A stretch of 53,212 nt of DNA, filler included, from Jimgerdemannia flammicorona (lineage: Eukaryota): the NCBI GenBank assembly GCA_003990765.1. It is 2 parts of 2 records of this genome, joined end to end, with 100 filler letters (N's around TTAATTAATTAA, not from the genome) between each part and the next. Parts side by side here need not be neighbours in the genome. Positions count along the whole stretch, not along the records: positions 1 to 26,575 come from RBNJ01000718.1; 1 more part is not named here. The stretch is one strand, 5' to 3'. The translations under genes and the position numbers were made by a program. Numbering within the stretch: the first letter of the stretch is position 1; every line of letters starts with the position of its first letter. The notes under the pieces are model-generated. The model was not told the origin of the DNA, did not search any database, and was given only the letters and a program-made list of their open reading frames with translations. Shown here piece by piece: positions 12,647 through 22,808 of this stretch.

Positions 12647-13831
12647 ATGTTTACCCTGCCAACAACCACCAGGGCCGCCACCAATTGGGTCTTCATGCTC
12701 AATTTTCTCATGGCCATCGTCAACGCATCGCCCATCGGACTTATCGCACGCGATGTCCCCAATCCCACCACCGGCCCTTTCAACCTCGACGCCCATGGCA
12801 TCGTCCTCGCCGTCCTGGCCATTATCAGCGGCATCTACTTCTGCTTCTTCGGATACCGCTTCTTCAAGATGACCATGTTTTTGAGTGAGTGCTCGATTTA
12901 ATTCCAATTCCAATTCCCGCATGTCGATTTCTGTTACTCACCCTCCATCCACGTCCCATACAGCCGGCTTCTGGGTCTTTGGCAACATCACCTACATCGG
13001 CATGATCAACGGCGGTTCCAACCAGACGCTGACGCTCATCATCTCAATCATCGTCGGTCTTCTCGGTGGCGCCATTCTCACCTGTTGCTGGCACATTGGC
13101 CTCTACTTCCTGGCCGCCCTTGCGGGTTACGCCCTCGCACTGTGGATCCTAGGCTGGAAATCCGGAGGTCTTATTGAGAGCTCCACCGGTCGCGTCATCC
13201 TCATCGTCGTGCTTATCATTGTGTTTGTGCTCCTCATCATCTTCTTCGAGCGATGGATGGTCATCATCTCCACTTCCGTCATCGGCGCCTATCTCATTAT
13301 TCTCGGCATCGATATCTTTGCCCAGACCGTGAGTTTTTTTTTTTTTTTTTTTTTTTTTTCCGCGACGCTTCTATACTGGATTGGAGGATTGTTATTACTA
13401 CCACATTGCTTATAAGCTCTGTCATTAACTCGCACCCAACACGCTTCTCTCTCTCAGGGCTTCGCCAGCAATGCCGCTTCCTTCCTGTCTTCCAATCACA
13501 GCACCAATTCGAACACGAACATGGACTGGAAAACCTACATCATGCTTGCCGCCTTCATTGCCCTGGCCATCATTGGCATTTTCTTCCAGAACCGCATCCA
13601 CGGCGCCCGCAACTTCCGTACCGGCTCAAGTAAGCATATTTCCCTTCTTGATTAATGGCTTCATTCATTAAAAAGTGTAACAGCAAACTCACGTCTTCCC
13701 ACTCCCCGCTTCAAAAAATTTTAGCCGCCCCCTACGGCTACGGTAGCAAGTGGGGAAGACGTCGTGGCACGCCCGTAGAGCCCGCCACCACCACCCCACG
13801 CAAGAGCTGGGGTTTGTTCCGTCGCAACTAA
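12647..13831 (+). CDS. DUF4203 / TM7S3-TMEM198-like multi-pass membrane protein; 4 exons
   Basis: Exons 12647-12884, 12964-13328, 13458-13629, 13725-13831, all GT-AG and in frame. Family motifs G..FCFFGYRFFK.TMFL.GF and STSVIGAY.IILGID.F; basic C-terminal tail. Confidence 0.85.
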
Positions 13832-16250
13832 GCGGACATTCGCGGACATATGGCGGATTCGTTCAAACAACTGATCCCAAACTACCCACTACTATTTGAT
13901 ATGTCAGTGATCCCAATGATTTTAATACTCGGAAGAACTATTATTACAATTTCTTTCTTTTCTTTCTTTCTCAAAAGGGAGGCGGTTGCACGGCATGGGT
14001 GCTACACTACCCTGCCACTCTCCACTCGTCAAACCCCGACTGTTTGATTCACCGACGGGTGTACGCTCTCTGACACATTTTTGTATGCATCATCTAGTAT
14101 CTAGGAATTTCTTTGAAAACACATTAATTCTGTAAATATAAATAACAAATGGCGAATACCTCCATCTTCATGACAATACATATATATATTTATTTCGATA
14201 TTCGCTTTTTTACAAACGAAAGATGGTATGATCCATGATCGATCTAGTTTAAGGGATATGGGTTTCCTGTCTGGTATTGCTAACAAACGAAAGGCAAGAG
14301 TGTAAAGTGAAGAAGTTCGTGGCGGAAGCTGAGAAAGATTTTAAACAGAAATGGAAAAGTGTCACTCAGTGAATCCAGTCTCGCGTTATATGTAGACAAG
14401 AGGAAACTTTATCCCTTTCCAATAGGCGCATGCGGAACATGCGCTTTCTATGCGGTATGTGCTTCTATCGGTGCTATACCGCTAAACCCGCACCGATCCT
14501 CCAATGCCATCTCATTCAACAAACGATCCCCAATCTCCTAAAAAATGCACTTCCAGGGTCTCTCTTATGTATCTCGCGCTCTCCAGCCTCCTCACCACCG
14601 TCCTTGCGGCGCCCACGCAAGACCCAATCTGCATCATCGGCGGTGGCCCGGCGGGTCTAACGACGGTGTCGCTTCTGCACGAAAAGGGCTATCCGACAGT
14701 GGTGTTTGAGAAGCAGCCAGAAGTGGGCGGCAATGCCGCACACTTCAGGTGGGTGGATACAAAATCGACATGGGGCCCCTTCTCCTGGATAACTCGTACA
14801 CATATGTGCTGGCGCTCATCAAGAAGTTTGGTATGCACACCGCGACGGTGCTGGGCGAGACCGGGACGGTGACGGCGTACGACTACAATACCGGGGTGTT
14901 GATCAACTCGCCCTGCTTCAACGAGACCACCACCACGCCCGAGATCCGCGCCGCCATTACAAAGTTCAAAGCCGAGCTCAAAAAGTACCCGGAGATGGAC
15001 GACGGATCCGCAGGCCACCGTCTCCGTCGGCCGGAGCTGTACGTGACATTCGCCCAGTGGCTCGCGGAGCATCTCGTCGTCCCTATCGAGCACGAGGGAT
15101 ACGGGTCCCTCTCGGAGACGCCGGCGATGTACGTACTCAACTTTCTCAACACCAAGACCAGCGCGTCCCTCGTCTTCGCCGAGACCAATATTGACACCAT
15201 CGCCGAGGGTTGGAACGCCCTCATGGAGAACATGGCCAGCGCCCTCCCAGATGTCCGCACAGGGGTGAACATCGTCAGCGTCCAAAGGCCGGCTGGGGAT
15301 TACGACGGCCAGCAAGTCTCCGTCGTCTATTACGACGTGCACAACGACACACAGACCCAGAAATGCCAGTCCGTCGTGATTGCCTTCCCGCAGCTGCTGA
15401 GCGGCTGGAGTTCCTTGGCCTTGACGCGCGCGAGCGCAAACTCTTCCGCAACGTCCAACACACCATTTCTCGGCCGCCTTCAGCGCCCCCGGGTTGCCCA
15501 TGAAGGACGGCGGGGAGCTTCTCCAGCTCATTAATGGGACCGAACAGCATTGTCGAGGGTGAGCCGTGGCGATCCTGGCGCAGTCGCCCGAGGTGTACAC
15601 CAGCTACGCGTGGTTCCGTAACCAGAGCGTCGAGCAGAGTAATGACAACCTCCCAAAGATCGTCGAGGAGAAGATCATTGAGTTCGTTGATAGGGCGACG
15701 AAGGGGGGGGTCAAGGCCAAGGTTATCGAGGTTGATCAATGGGACTATTTCCCCCATGTGGGCACCAAGGCACTGTTGAATGGGTTATATTAATCAAAAG
15801 GCCGAGAAGATTCAAGGGTATCGTCGTACTTACTATACGGGGTCGCTATTTGAGTTCGAGATCGTCGAGCGGACGATGGACGCCGCGTACGATCTTGTCA
15901 ACAATCATTTCTAGACCTGTGTTTAATTATTTTTGGCTGCCATGTAGAATTTTTCCTCACAATTAATAAAATCAATAATCAATTCACTACAAGCCGTCTG
16001 AATGACACACAATGGGAACCTTAGTGAAAGGGCAATGCTCCACACTACATCCAGATGATAACATCCAGATGATACCAAGCCACCTTGTTTATAACCTCCT
16101 TTAAAAATACATTGGCATTTGGCAATAGAGCCCAATGGCTGGAGCTGGGCCTCTACAAACGTGCCCAGGGCTTCGGCGAGGCATCGGAGAACTTTATGGT
16201 CTGCTGGAGTCTAAAGATTTTCACGACGCGACCGCCACGCGCACACCACG
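13329..16250 (+). repeat. Segmental duplication, copy A
   Basis: Collinear with about 21089-24670: DUF4203 intron 2 to 3' UTR, intergenic DNA, the oxidoreductase gene and its downstream flank. Confidence 0.9.
14545..15914 (+). pseudogene. Frameshifted copy of the secreted FAD-dependent oxidoreductase at 22809-24245
   Basis: Aligns by eye to the intact paralog. Frameshifting indels near 14567, 14731, 15398 and 15790; deletions at the QHDKQRET and MDRGLGVLL segments; coding split over several ORF-track frames. Confidence 0.9.
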
Positions 16251-16278
16251 TTCCTCTTTGCCCTGTTTCAATGGGTCA

Positions 16279-17814
16279 ATGGGAGGCAAAAAAAAGGAGG
16301 TGGTGACGTCACCAGGAATGGAGGATGTTGCAGTCACTACCTCTCCCCCTTCTCCGCACATCAAACTCATGCGCGACCAACACGATAGTGGCCTCAGTCT
16401 AAAGGACGACATAGCCACAATCTGGACCGATTCAACTTTTCACGACGTAACCATTATCTGCTCCGATGGCGTAGAGCTGCGCGCCTGCCGGGCCATCTTG
16501 GCCTCACGCTGCGCCGTCTTCCGGGCCATGCTCTACGGGCAGATGCAAGAATCTACGACGCAGAGAGTGGTCTTGCACGACATTGCATCGCCCGCGCTAC
16601 GCGTCGTGCTTGGTTTTATCCACACGGAATCCATCGACGGCGTCGACTCCTCCATCGCCGTTGATGTCTACCACGCGGCCAGCTTCCTTCTCCTCCCAAA
16701 GCTCATGACCTTGATCCTCGACCGCGCCCAGGACGCCGACGGCTTCGGCCACGGCTACTCGGCCCCCTTACTCAACGACGCCGTCACCACCGTTCCTTGG
16801 AGCGAAACTAGCCGCGACCTATACGACGCCCTCCTCCGTCCCTTCTGTTCCAGCCTCCTCGCCCCTGGCGACCTCAATGCCCTCACTAACGACGCTATCG
16901 ACCTCTTCCTCGCCAAGACCCACTTCACCTCCTTTACCACCCCGGAGCACGACCTCCTTCTCGCCGTCATTGACTGGGCCTGGTCCCGCGTGGACGATCA
17001 TCCTCCCGCCGCCGACCGTCACGCCGCCCTCGCAGCTGCCGCCGACCCATCCGCCACACAAGCCACCAAGATTGACCTGGGCTCAGGCCCGGGACTCGAG
17101 GCATTACGCGGATTACTACAACATATGGATCTGACGCTCGTGTGCCCGCACCGAATGAAGCGACTTCTCCGGTGCGTCGACGCTCTCGCCGAATCATCGC
17201 CGCACCTCACCGCCTTCTGTCATCACGCCTGCCGTCACATGCACTGTCCGCCGGGCCACCCGTCCGAGCACCGCGGCCGACCAGACATGCAATGGGACCA
17301 GACGAACCTAGCGACGGGCCTCGTGGTCACGGACGGCGGGTCAGTGATCGAGTACCCGCGCAAGCCGGCTTCGACATGGGTGGGTCGATCGGCGCGCGTT
17401 TTAGCACCGCTGTCGGCCGGCCGCAATGGACTATGCGAGTGGGATGTGGTGGTGGAATCGGTCGGGTCGTGGAACGGTGAGGAAATGATTGATATCGGGC
17501 TGGTGGGTGAGACGTTTGAGGATAGGTTCGAGGCCAGCATGCTGGCGCTGGCGTCGCCTGGGTGGGCGTTCGAATCGTATGGACAGGACTCGTATCTAGT
17601 GCAGTCACCTGACGCGAGCAAGGGGGCGCCGTTTGGGACGAAGGTGAACAGCGGGGACGTAATCACATTCCAGTTGGATTTGAGCGATCGGACGTGTGCG
17701 ATGGCAATCAATGGGCATAGCTATGGGATCGCGTGGAAAGATTTGCCGGATAAGGTGTATCCGGCCGTCACGCTTTGTCCGCAGGCAAGGTATCGGATCA
17801 GGCCCAATGTTTGA
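16279..17814 (+). CDS. BTB/POZ (+BACK-like) - SPRY/B30.2 protein, intronless
   Basis: BTB signature FHDVTIICSDG.ELRACRAILASRCAVFRAML..LGFIHT; C-terminal SPRY signature WDVVV..IGLV..GDVITFQLDL..YPAVTL. Start uncertain (16135, 16279 or 16318). Confidence 0.85.
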   Translation: MGGKKKEVVTSPGMEDVAVTTSPPSPHIKLMRDQHDSGLSLKDDIATIWTDSTFHDVTIICSDGVELRACRAILASRCAVFRAMLYGQMQESTTQRVVLHDIASPALRVVLGFIHTESIDGVDSSIAVDVYHAASFLLLPKLMTLILDRAQDADGFGHGYSAPLLNDAVTTVPWSETSRDLYDALLRPFCSSLLAPGDLNALTNDAIDLFLAKTHFTSFTTPEHDLLLAVIDWAWSRVDDHPPAADRHAALAAAADPSATQATKIDLGSGPGLEALRGLLQHMDLTLVCPHRMKRLLRCVDALAESSPHLTAFCHHACRHMHCPPGHPSEHRGRPDMQWDQTNLATGLVVTDGGSVIEYPRKPASTWVGRSARVLAPLSAGRNGLCEWDVVVESVGSWNGEEMIDIGLVGETFEDRFEASMLALASPGWAFESYGQDSYLVQSPDASKGAPFGTKVNSGDVITFQLDLSDRTCAMAINGHSYGIAWKDLPDKVYPAVTLCPQARYRIRPNV

Positions 17815-17853
17815 GAGCGAGGCGGGTAGTAGAGTTGGGTTTGCATGGACACA

Positions 17854-17955
17854 GATCGGCTTGGAAGGTTATAGGAAGGATGGTATTGGATAGGTTCGAA
17901 TTGTGATCGGCTTGGAAGGTTATAGGAAGGATGGTATTGGATAGGTTCGAATTGT
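17854..17955. repeat. Exact 51-bp tandem duplication
   Basis: GATCGGCTTGGAAGGTTATAGGAAGGATGGTATTGGATAGGTTCGAATTGT twice, in the presumed 3' UTR of the BTB gene. Confidence 0.95.
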
Positions 17956-18603
17956 CATGGATCGAAGAAATTGTGCAGCCCACAAGCTCGACGGCGAAGG
18001 CCAGAGGTTCACAGTTTCACGGACAGTTAGTGGTAGAGGGTGTGGATAATCAAGTAGTTTGTGTCTTTGATACGTCATATTATTTACGACGTTTCTGGAA
18101 GGTGACGACTTTCCCTTATACCCTCGGCCACGTATTGTTATCCTTTCTAACACATTGTAAATAAAGTATGGCTAGTTTTTGACTTACTGGTTGCTTTTTA
18201 TGAATATTTTGTTTGAACATCATTTGCTTCGGTGAACCGTGCGAATTGCATACCATCTGCCATCCAAAATCGAGAAGCACGTCGTTTGCGCTGAGCTCGG
18301 TAAAACATGTGCTGAGGCTCTCCAAATACGGAATAACATGGACGTGGTCAAAAACAACCAATTAGTGGAAGATGATTTATAAGCATCTTCGGAGGACCTG
18401 GTAACAGTCTCTATGGAAAGTACGGAGTACGGAGCGACAAACTACCCATTCGAAGAATTTCTGCGCAATTATATACTTTTTGTAGGTGTGGTTGATGACG
18501 TATACAGTACGTCATTATCAGGTAGGATGCAATATAAGCCACCCGAATGCAGTGGAACAAATCCCAGAACTCCTTCCCACTCTCACCCCATTGACATATT
18601 GAC

Positions 18604-19230
18604 ATGGAAGACCATGACCACGACCACAACTATTCCCACCACATTCCGACTCCACGCCCGCAGGTTCCCCGGCCGACTCCGCACTCGCAACCTAAGCTCA
18701 CGCTAGTCACGGGGGAGGGCGTCAACATCCCGCTTGATCTGGACTTGGCGAGGCACTGCGCCCGGCTGGCCCGCAAGCTGCACACCCTGGATGCATACGA
18801 CGTGCTGACGGTGACGGTTCCGTTCCGCCAAGAGGTGGTCCAGATGGCCCTCGAGTACTGCGACCACCTACGCCAGAAAGAACTGCAGTCGCGCGCCGCC
18901 TCCGCCTCGAACGACTCGCTCTACGACGTGCCATCGCCCAGCGCCATCGACGAGTCCGTACGCAGCACAGGTGGGGACTATATCTTCGACGATTGGGAGT
19001 TCGCGTTTGTGGCTCAGGAGGCCGAGGGTCGCCTGGTGTCGGAGCTCAACTCCACCGCCCATTTTTTGGGGATCGCACGGCTACTCGATCTCGTCACTAT
19101 TAAGATTATGATGATGAGCCAGGAAAAGCAGCCCCACGAGGTTGCGTCCATGTTTGGCGTGCAGGGCGCGCAGAACGGCGAGGACGTTGTCAGCGCGTTG
19201 GCGCAAAGTATGCAGGGGCTCAAGTGGTAG
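18604..19230 (+). CDS. Divergent Skp1-like protein, intronless
   Basis: POZ part (KLTLVTGEG..LARHC, LEYCDH) and dimerisation part (DDWEFAFV..ELNSTAHFLGIARLLDLVT..KQPHEVASMFGV) match the Skp1 pattern ELILAANYLDI..LLD...KTPEEIR..FNI. Confidence 0.75.
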   Translation: MEDHDHDHNYSHHIPTPRPQVPRPTPHSQPKLTLVTGEGVNIPLDLDLARHCARLARKLHTLDAYDVLTVTVPFRQEVVQMALEYCDHLRQKELQSRAASASNDSLYDVPSPSAIDESVRSTGGDYIFDDWEFAFVAQEAEGRLVSELNSTAHFLGIARLLDLVTIKIMMMSQEKQPHEVASMFGVQGAQNGEDVVSALAQSMQGLKW

Positions 19231-19820
19231 GAGGAAGGAAACGCGTGCGGTGCGAGAGGGGAGGGTTTGGGAGATTTTTGTGGCGACGGTGACGTTGGGT
19301 TTGTCGAGGGCCGGTGAGAAACATTTCGCGCAACGGGCAGTGATTTTTGTCGATTTACGTGCCGCGTGGAGTACGGAAAGGCTTTGGTGAATTCTACACT
19401 CGTTGAAACTGAAGGCGTCCTGCGTCGTGACTCTGCGTGTCGAAAATCAATTCGTACAGTGGCTCGTTTCTCCCATTTGACGTGTACAGCTTCTTCAATT
19501 CTTCGCGATTTCGCTTTGGGCGTACTCATATCTCATTTTGTTTTGTTACTTCCGGCGGGGATGATGTGTTGTCGTTTTTTGTGTTTGTGTCAACTATGTT
19601 TGTGTCAACTATTCCCATGCATGTCACGCGGTCACTTCTAATACCTAGCTTTGTTCATCGAGGAAGGGGGTTTGGTGGACTTGGAGGTCGATAAAACAAT
19701 GATTTAATGCAGCCCTATGAATGCTATGGTTATTATATGTCGTACTGTTGCACGTGATCATGACCTGTGGCTTTGGGGCACTGTCCGCCGTCCTCGTTTT
19801 GGAAGCAGATCATTGCCACC

Positions 19821-21088
19821 ATGACAACCTCTCAAGACCAGCGCTACTGCATCATCACCGGCGCATCCTCGGGGCTAGGTAGGCCGCTTCCATCTGAACA
19901 ATGAACAGTAGCAGCTACCCGGCCTGAACCCCACCCACCCCCAGGCTTCGAGATTGCCCGCCAGCTTCTGCTGCAGGAGAACTGGCATCTCATCCTAGGT
20001 CAGTATTGAACCTTCCCACAATCCTATCATTTCTTTTATTCCCTCGTTAATTTCAATACATGCGCAACCCCAGCATGCCGCAACGACTCCCGCGCGCAAG
20101 CAGCCCTGTCATCATTTCCCTCTGATCTCGAGACACGTAATTGCGTCGCGGAGACGGCGCTCCTTGACATGGCTTCGCTCGATTCCGTGCGTGCATTTGC
20201 GCAGTCATATATTGAGAAGAAACTACCGTTGCACGTGCTGGTCAACAATATATCCTTTTTATTTCTTTGTGATCCTGCATGTGCAGCTCAAATGAGAACG
20301 CGAATCGATTGAGGCCTTAATGTGAACGGGATAACGCGTCCACACGCCGGGGTGTACGAGATAGACTACAGTGTAACTGAGGACGGGTTCGAGACCAAGT
20401 GAGTGGGTGTGGGTTCGGTGGAGAGACGAGGGCAACTCTGCTTTTTTCTTTAATCGTTACGCTGGACAACAAACCCATATTTTGTAGCATCGCCGTGAAT
20501 TACATGGGCCCTTTCCTGCTCACGAACCTTCTACTGCCCGTACTCGAGAGGTCTGCGCCGGCGCGCATCGTCAATGTGTCGTCGCTGCTTTACAGGCAGG
20601 TGAATAAAGGTAGATTGTTGCAAGAAAGGATAAATTGAGGTTCCTTCTGGCAATTTCATCCTTGGCTCGAATCAAGCACTCACCCGATATCATCGTATTT
20701 TCCTTCCCTTCAACCTGCCTAAGCCACCGCCCTCTCGCACCTATCGCCCATCGGCCCCCTCACCGCAACCGCAACCTATCCCCTCTCGAAGCTCTACCTA
20801 AACTGGCACACCCACCATTTCGCGCACCATATCCTCCCCACCGGGGTGACCACGCATGCCGTGTGCCCGGGCTTCATCCCGACGACGGGGCTAGGCCGCG
20901 CGGGACCATGGTACGCGCGTTGGGCAATGCAGAACGTCATGATTTGGATGCCCTTTGCCGTGTCTGTCGAGCGCGGGGCCGAGAATTGTGTGGGCGTTAT
21001 CGTCGGTGAAGCGGAGGAAGGAAATGGAATGGTATGGGTAAAAGGGGGATGGGTGCCCGGGGTCGAGGGGGCAGAGGAGGCGGAGATG
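19821..21088 (+). CDS. Retinol dehydrogenase/WWOX-like short-chain dehydrogenase (SDR); 6 exons including one AT-AC intron; native last exon absent
   Basis: Exons 19821-19878, 19945-19998, 20074-20249, 20346-20398, 20488-20609, 20724-21088. Motifs: IITGASSGLG, LACRN, LDMASLDSVRAFA, LVNN|AG, TEDGFE, VNYMGPFLLT, RIVNVSS, YPLSK (YxxxK), AVCPG. Confidence 0.85.
20250..20345 (+). other. U12-type (minor spliceosome) AT-AC intron, 96 nt
   Basis: 5' end ATATCCTTT, branch-like CCTTAAT at 20315-20321, 3' end CAC. Removal restores the SDR NNAG motif in frame. Confidence 0.88.
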
Positions 21089-21092
21089 GTAT

Positions 21093-21123
<31 letters not shown>

Positions 21124-21150
21124 CTGCGAAGCTTCTATATGCTGGGTTGG

Positions 21151-21194
<44 letters not shown>
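21151..21194. repeat. (ATT)n microsatellite
   Basis: About 14 perfect ATT units inside the duplicated intron. Confidence 0.95.
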
Positions 21195-21250
21195 CGCATT
21201 ACTTATAAACTCTGACATTAACTCACGCCCAACACACCTCTCTCTCACAG

Positions 21251-21616
21251 GGCTTCGCCAGCAATGTCGCTTCCTTCCTGTCATCCAATCACAGCACCAA
21301 TTCGAACACGACCATGGACTGGAAATACTATCTCATGCTTGCCGCCTTCATTGTCCTGGCCATCATCGGCATTTTCTTCCAGAGCCGCATCCACGGCGCC
21401 CGCAACTTCCGTACCGGCTCAAGTAAGCATATTTACCTTCTTTATTAATTGGGTTCATTTCATTAAAAAGTGCAACATCAAACTCACGTCATCCCACTCC
21501 CCCCTTCAAAAATTCTAGCCGCCCCCTACGGCTACGGTAGCAGGTGGGGAAGGCGTCGTGGCACGTCCGCCGCCACCACCCCCCGCAAGCGCTGGGGTTG
21601 GTTCCGTCGCAACTAA
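21251..21616 (+). CDS. Orphan exons 3-4 of a second DUF4203 copy, possibly spliced onto the SDR
   Basis: Exons 21251-21422 and 21519-21616 keep splice sites and an open frame (GFASNVASF...RKRWGWFRRN*). Exons 1-2 are absent. Confidence 0.6.
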
Positions 21617-22808
21617 GCGGACACTCGCGGATATATGGCGGATTCGTTCAAACAACTGACCCACTATTATTTTATATGTCAGTGATCCCTGTGATTTTAA
21701 TACTCGGACGAACTATTGTTACGATTTCTTTCTTTCTTTTTGTTCTTTCTTTCCCAAAAGGGAAGCGGTTGCACAAGCTGGCGTGGCATGCTACACTACT
21801 TTGCCATTCTCCACTCGTCAAACCCGACTGTATTATTCACCGACGGGTGTACGTTTTCTGACATATTTTGCATGCATCATCATCCAGTGTCCAGGAATTC
21901 CTTTGAAAACACGTTAATTATGTAAATATAAATAACAAATGGCGAATACCTCCATCTTCATGACAATACATATACATATTTACTTTGATATTCGCTTTTT
22001 TACAAACGAAAAATGGGACGATCAACATAGGAGTGTTTGGTTTAAGGAATGTGGGGTTTCCTGGCTGGTATTGCTAATGAACGGGATCAACATAAAGACA
22101 AGGGTGTCGAGCCAAAAAGTTCGTGTGGCTGAGAAGATTTTAAATAGACTCAAAGTGAATCCAGTCTCGCCTAACTTGGGTATTTCATTACCTTGACTTT
22201 CTTTATTTCTTTGACTCCTGGAGTCGGGTACTGGTGGGGCTTGAAAGGTGTACAACTATCTTGATCTAAGATTTAATTTCTCTTAATGCTGGCTATTTAT
22301 ATAAGGTTGTATGGCCAAGTATGCGGCCAAGTTATTTTGGCATTGCTAGGATATTTTTCGTGGATGGGTATATAAGGCAGTGCACCAATTAATGTCTATT
22401 CCCTATTTAGTATACCGTACCGTCACAATATAAATAATGGCGAATAATGATACTACATATATACATATTTACTTTGATATTCGCTTTTTAACAAACGAAG
22501 AATGTGGGTTTTCCGTCTCGTATTGCTAACGAGCGGGATCAACATAAAGGCAAGGGTGTCAAGCCAAAAATTCGTGAGGTTGAGTAAACGGAAATAGAAA
22601 AGTGTCACTCAAAGGGAATCCAGTACAGACTGGCCGAGTGGGAGCGAACGCAAACACACCCCTTTCCAATAGGCTCCATGCGGCGCATGTGGCATGCGCG
22701 CTGTATGCATCTCTATCGGGACTATATTATGCCCTGATTCCCTATATAAACCCGCACGCGATTCTCCAATGCCATCTCATTCGACAAAATATCCCAATCT
22801 CCTAAAAA

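Noticed and set aside
16135..16278. Longer N-terminus for the BTB-SPRY protein
   Set aside because: It lies in the duplicated flank, whose other copy (24452 onward) diverges with indels; probably UTR.
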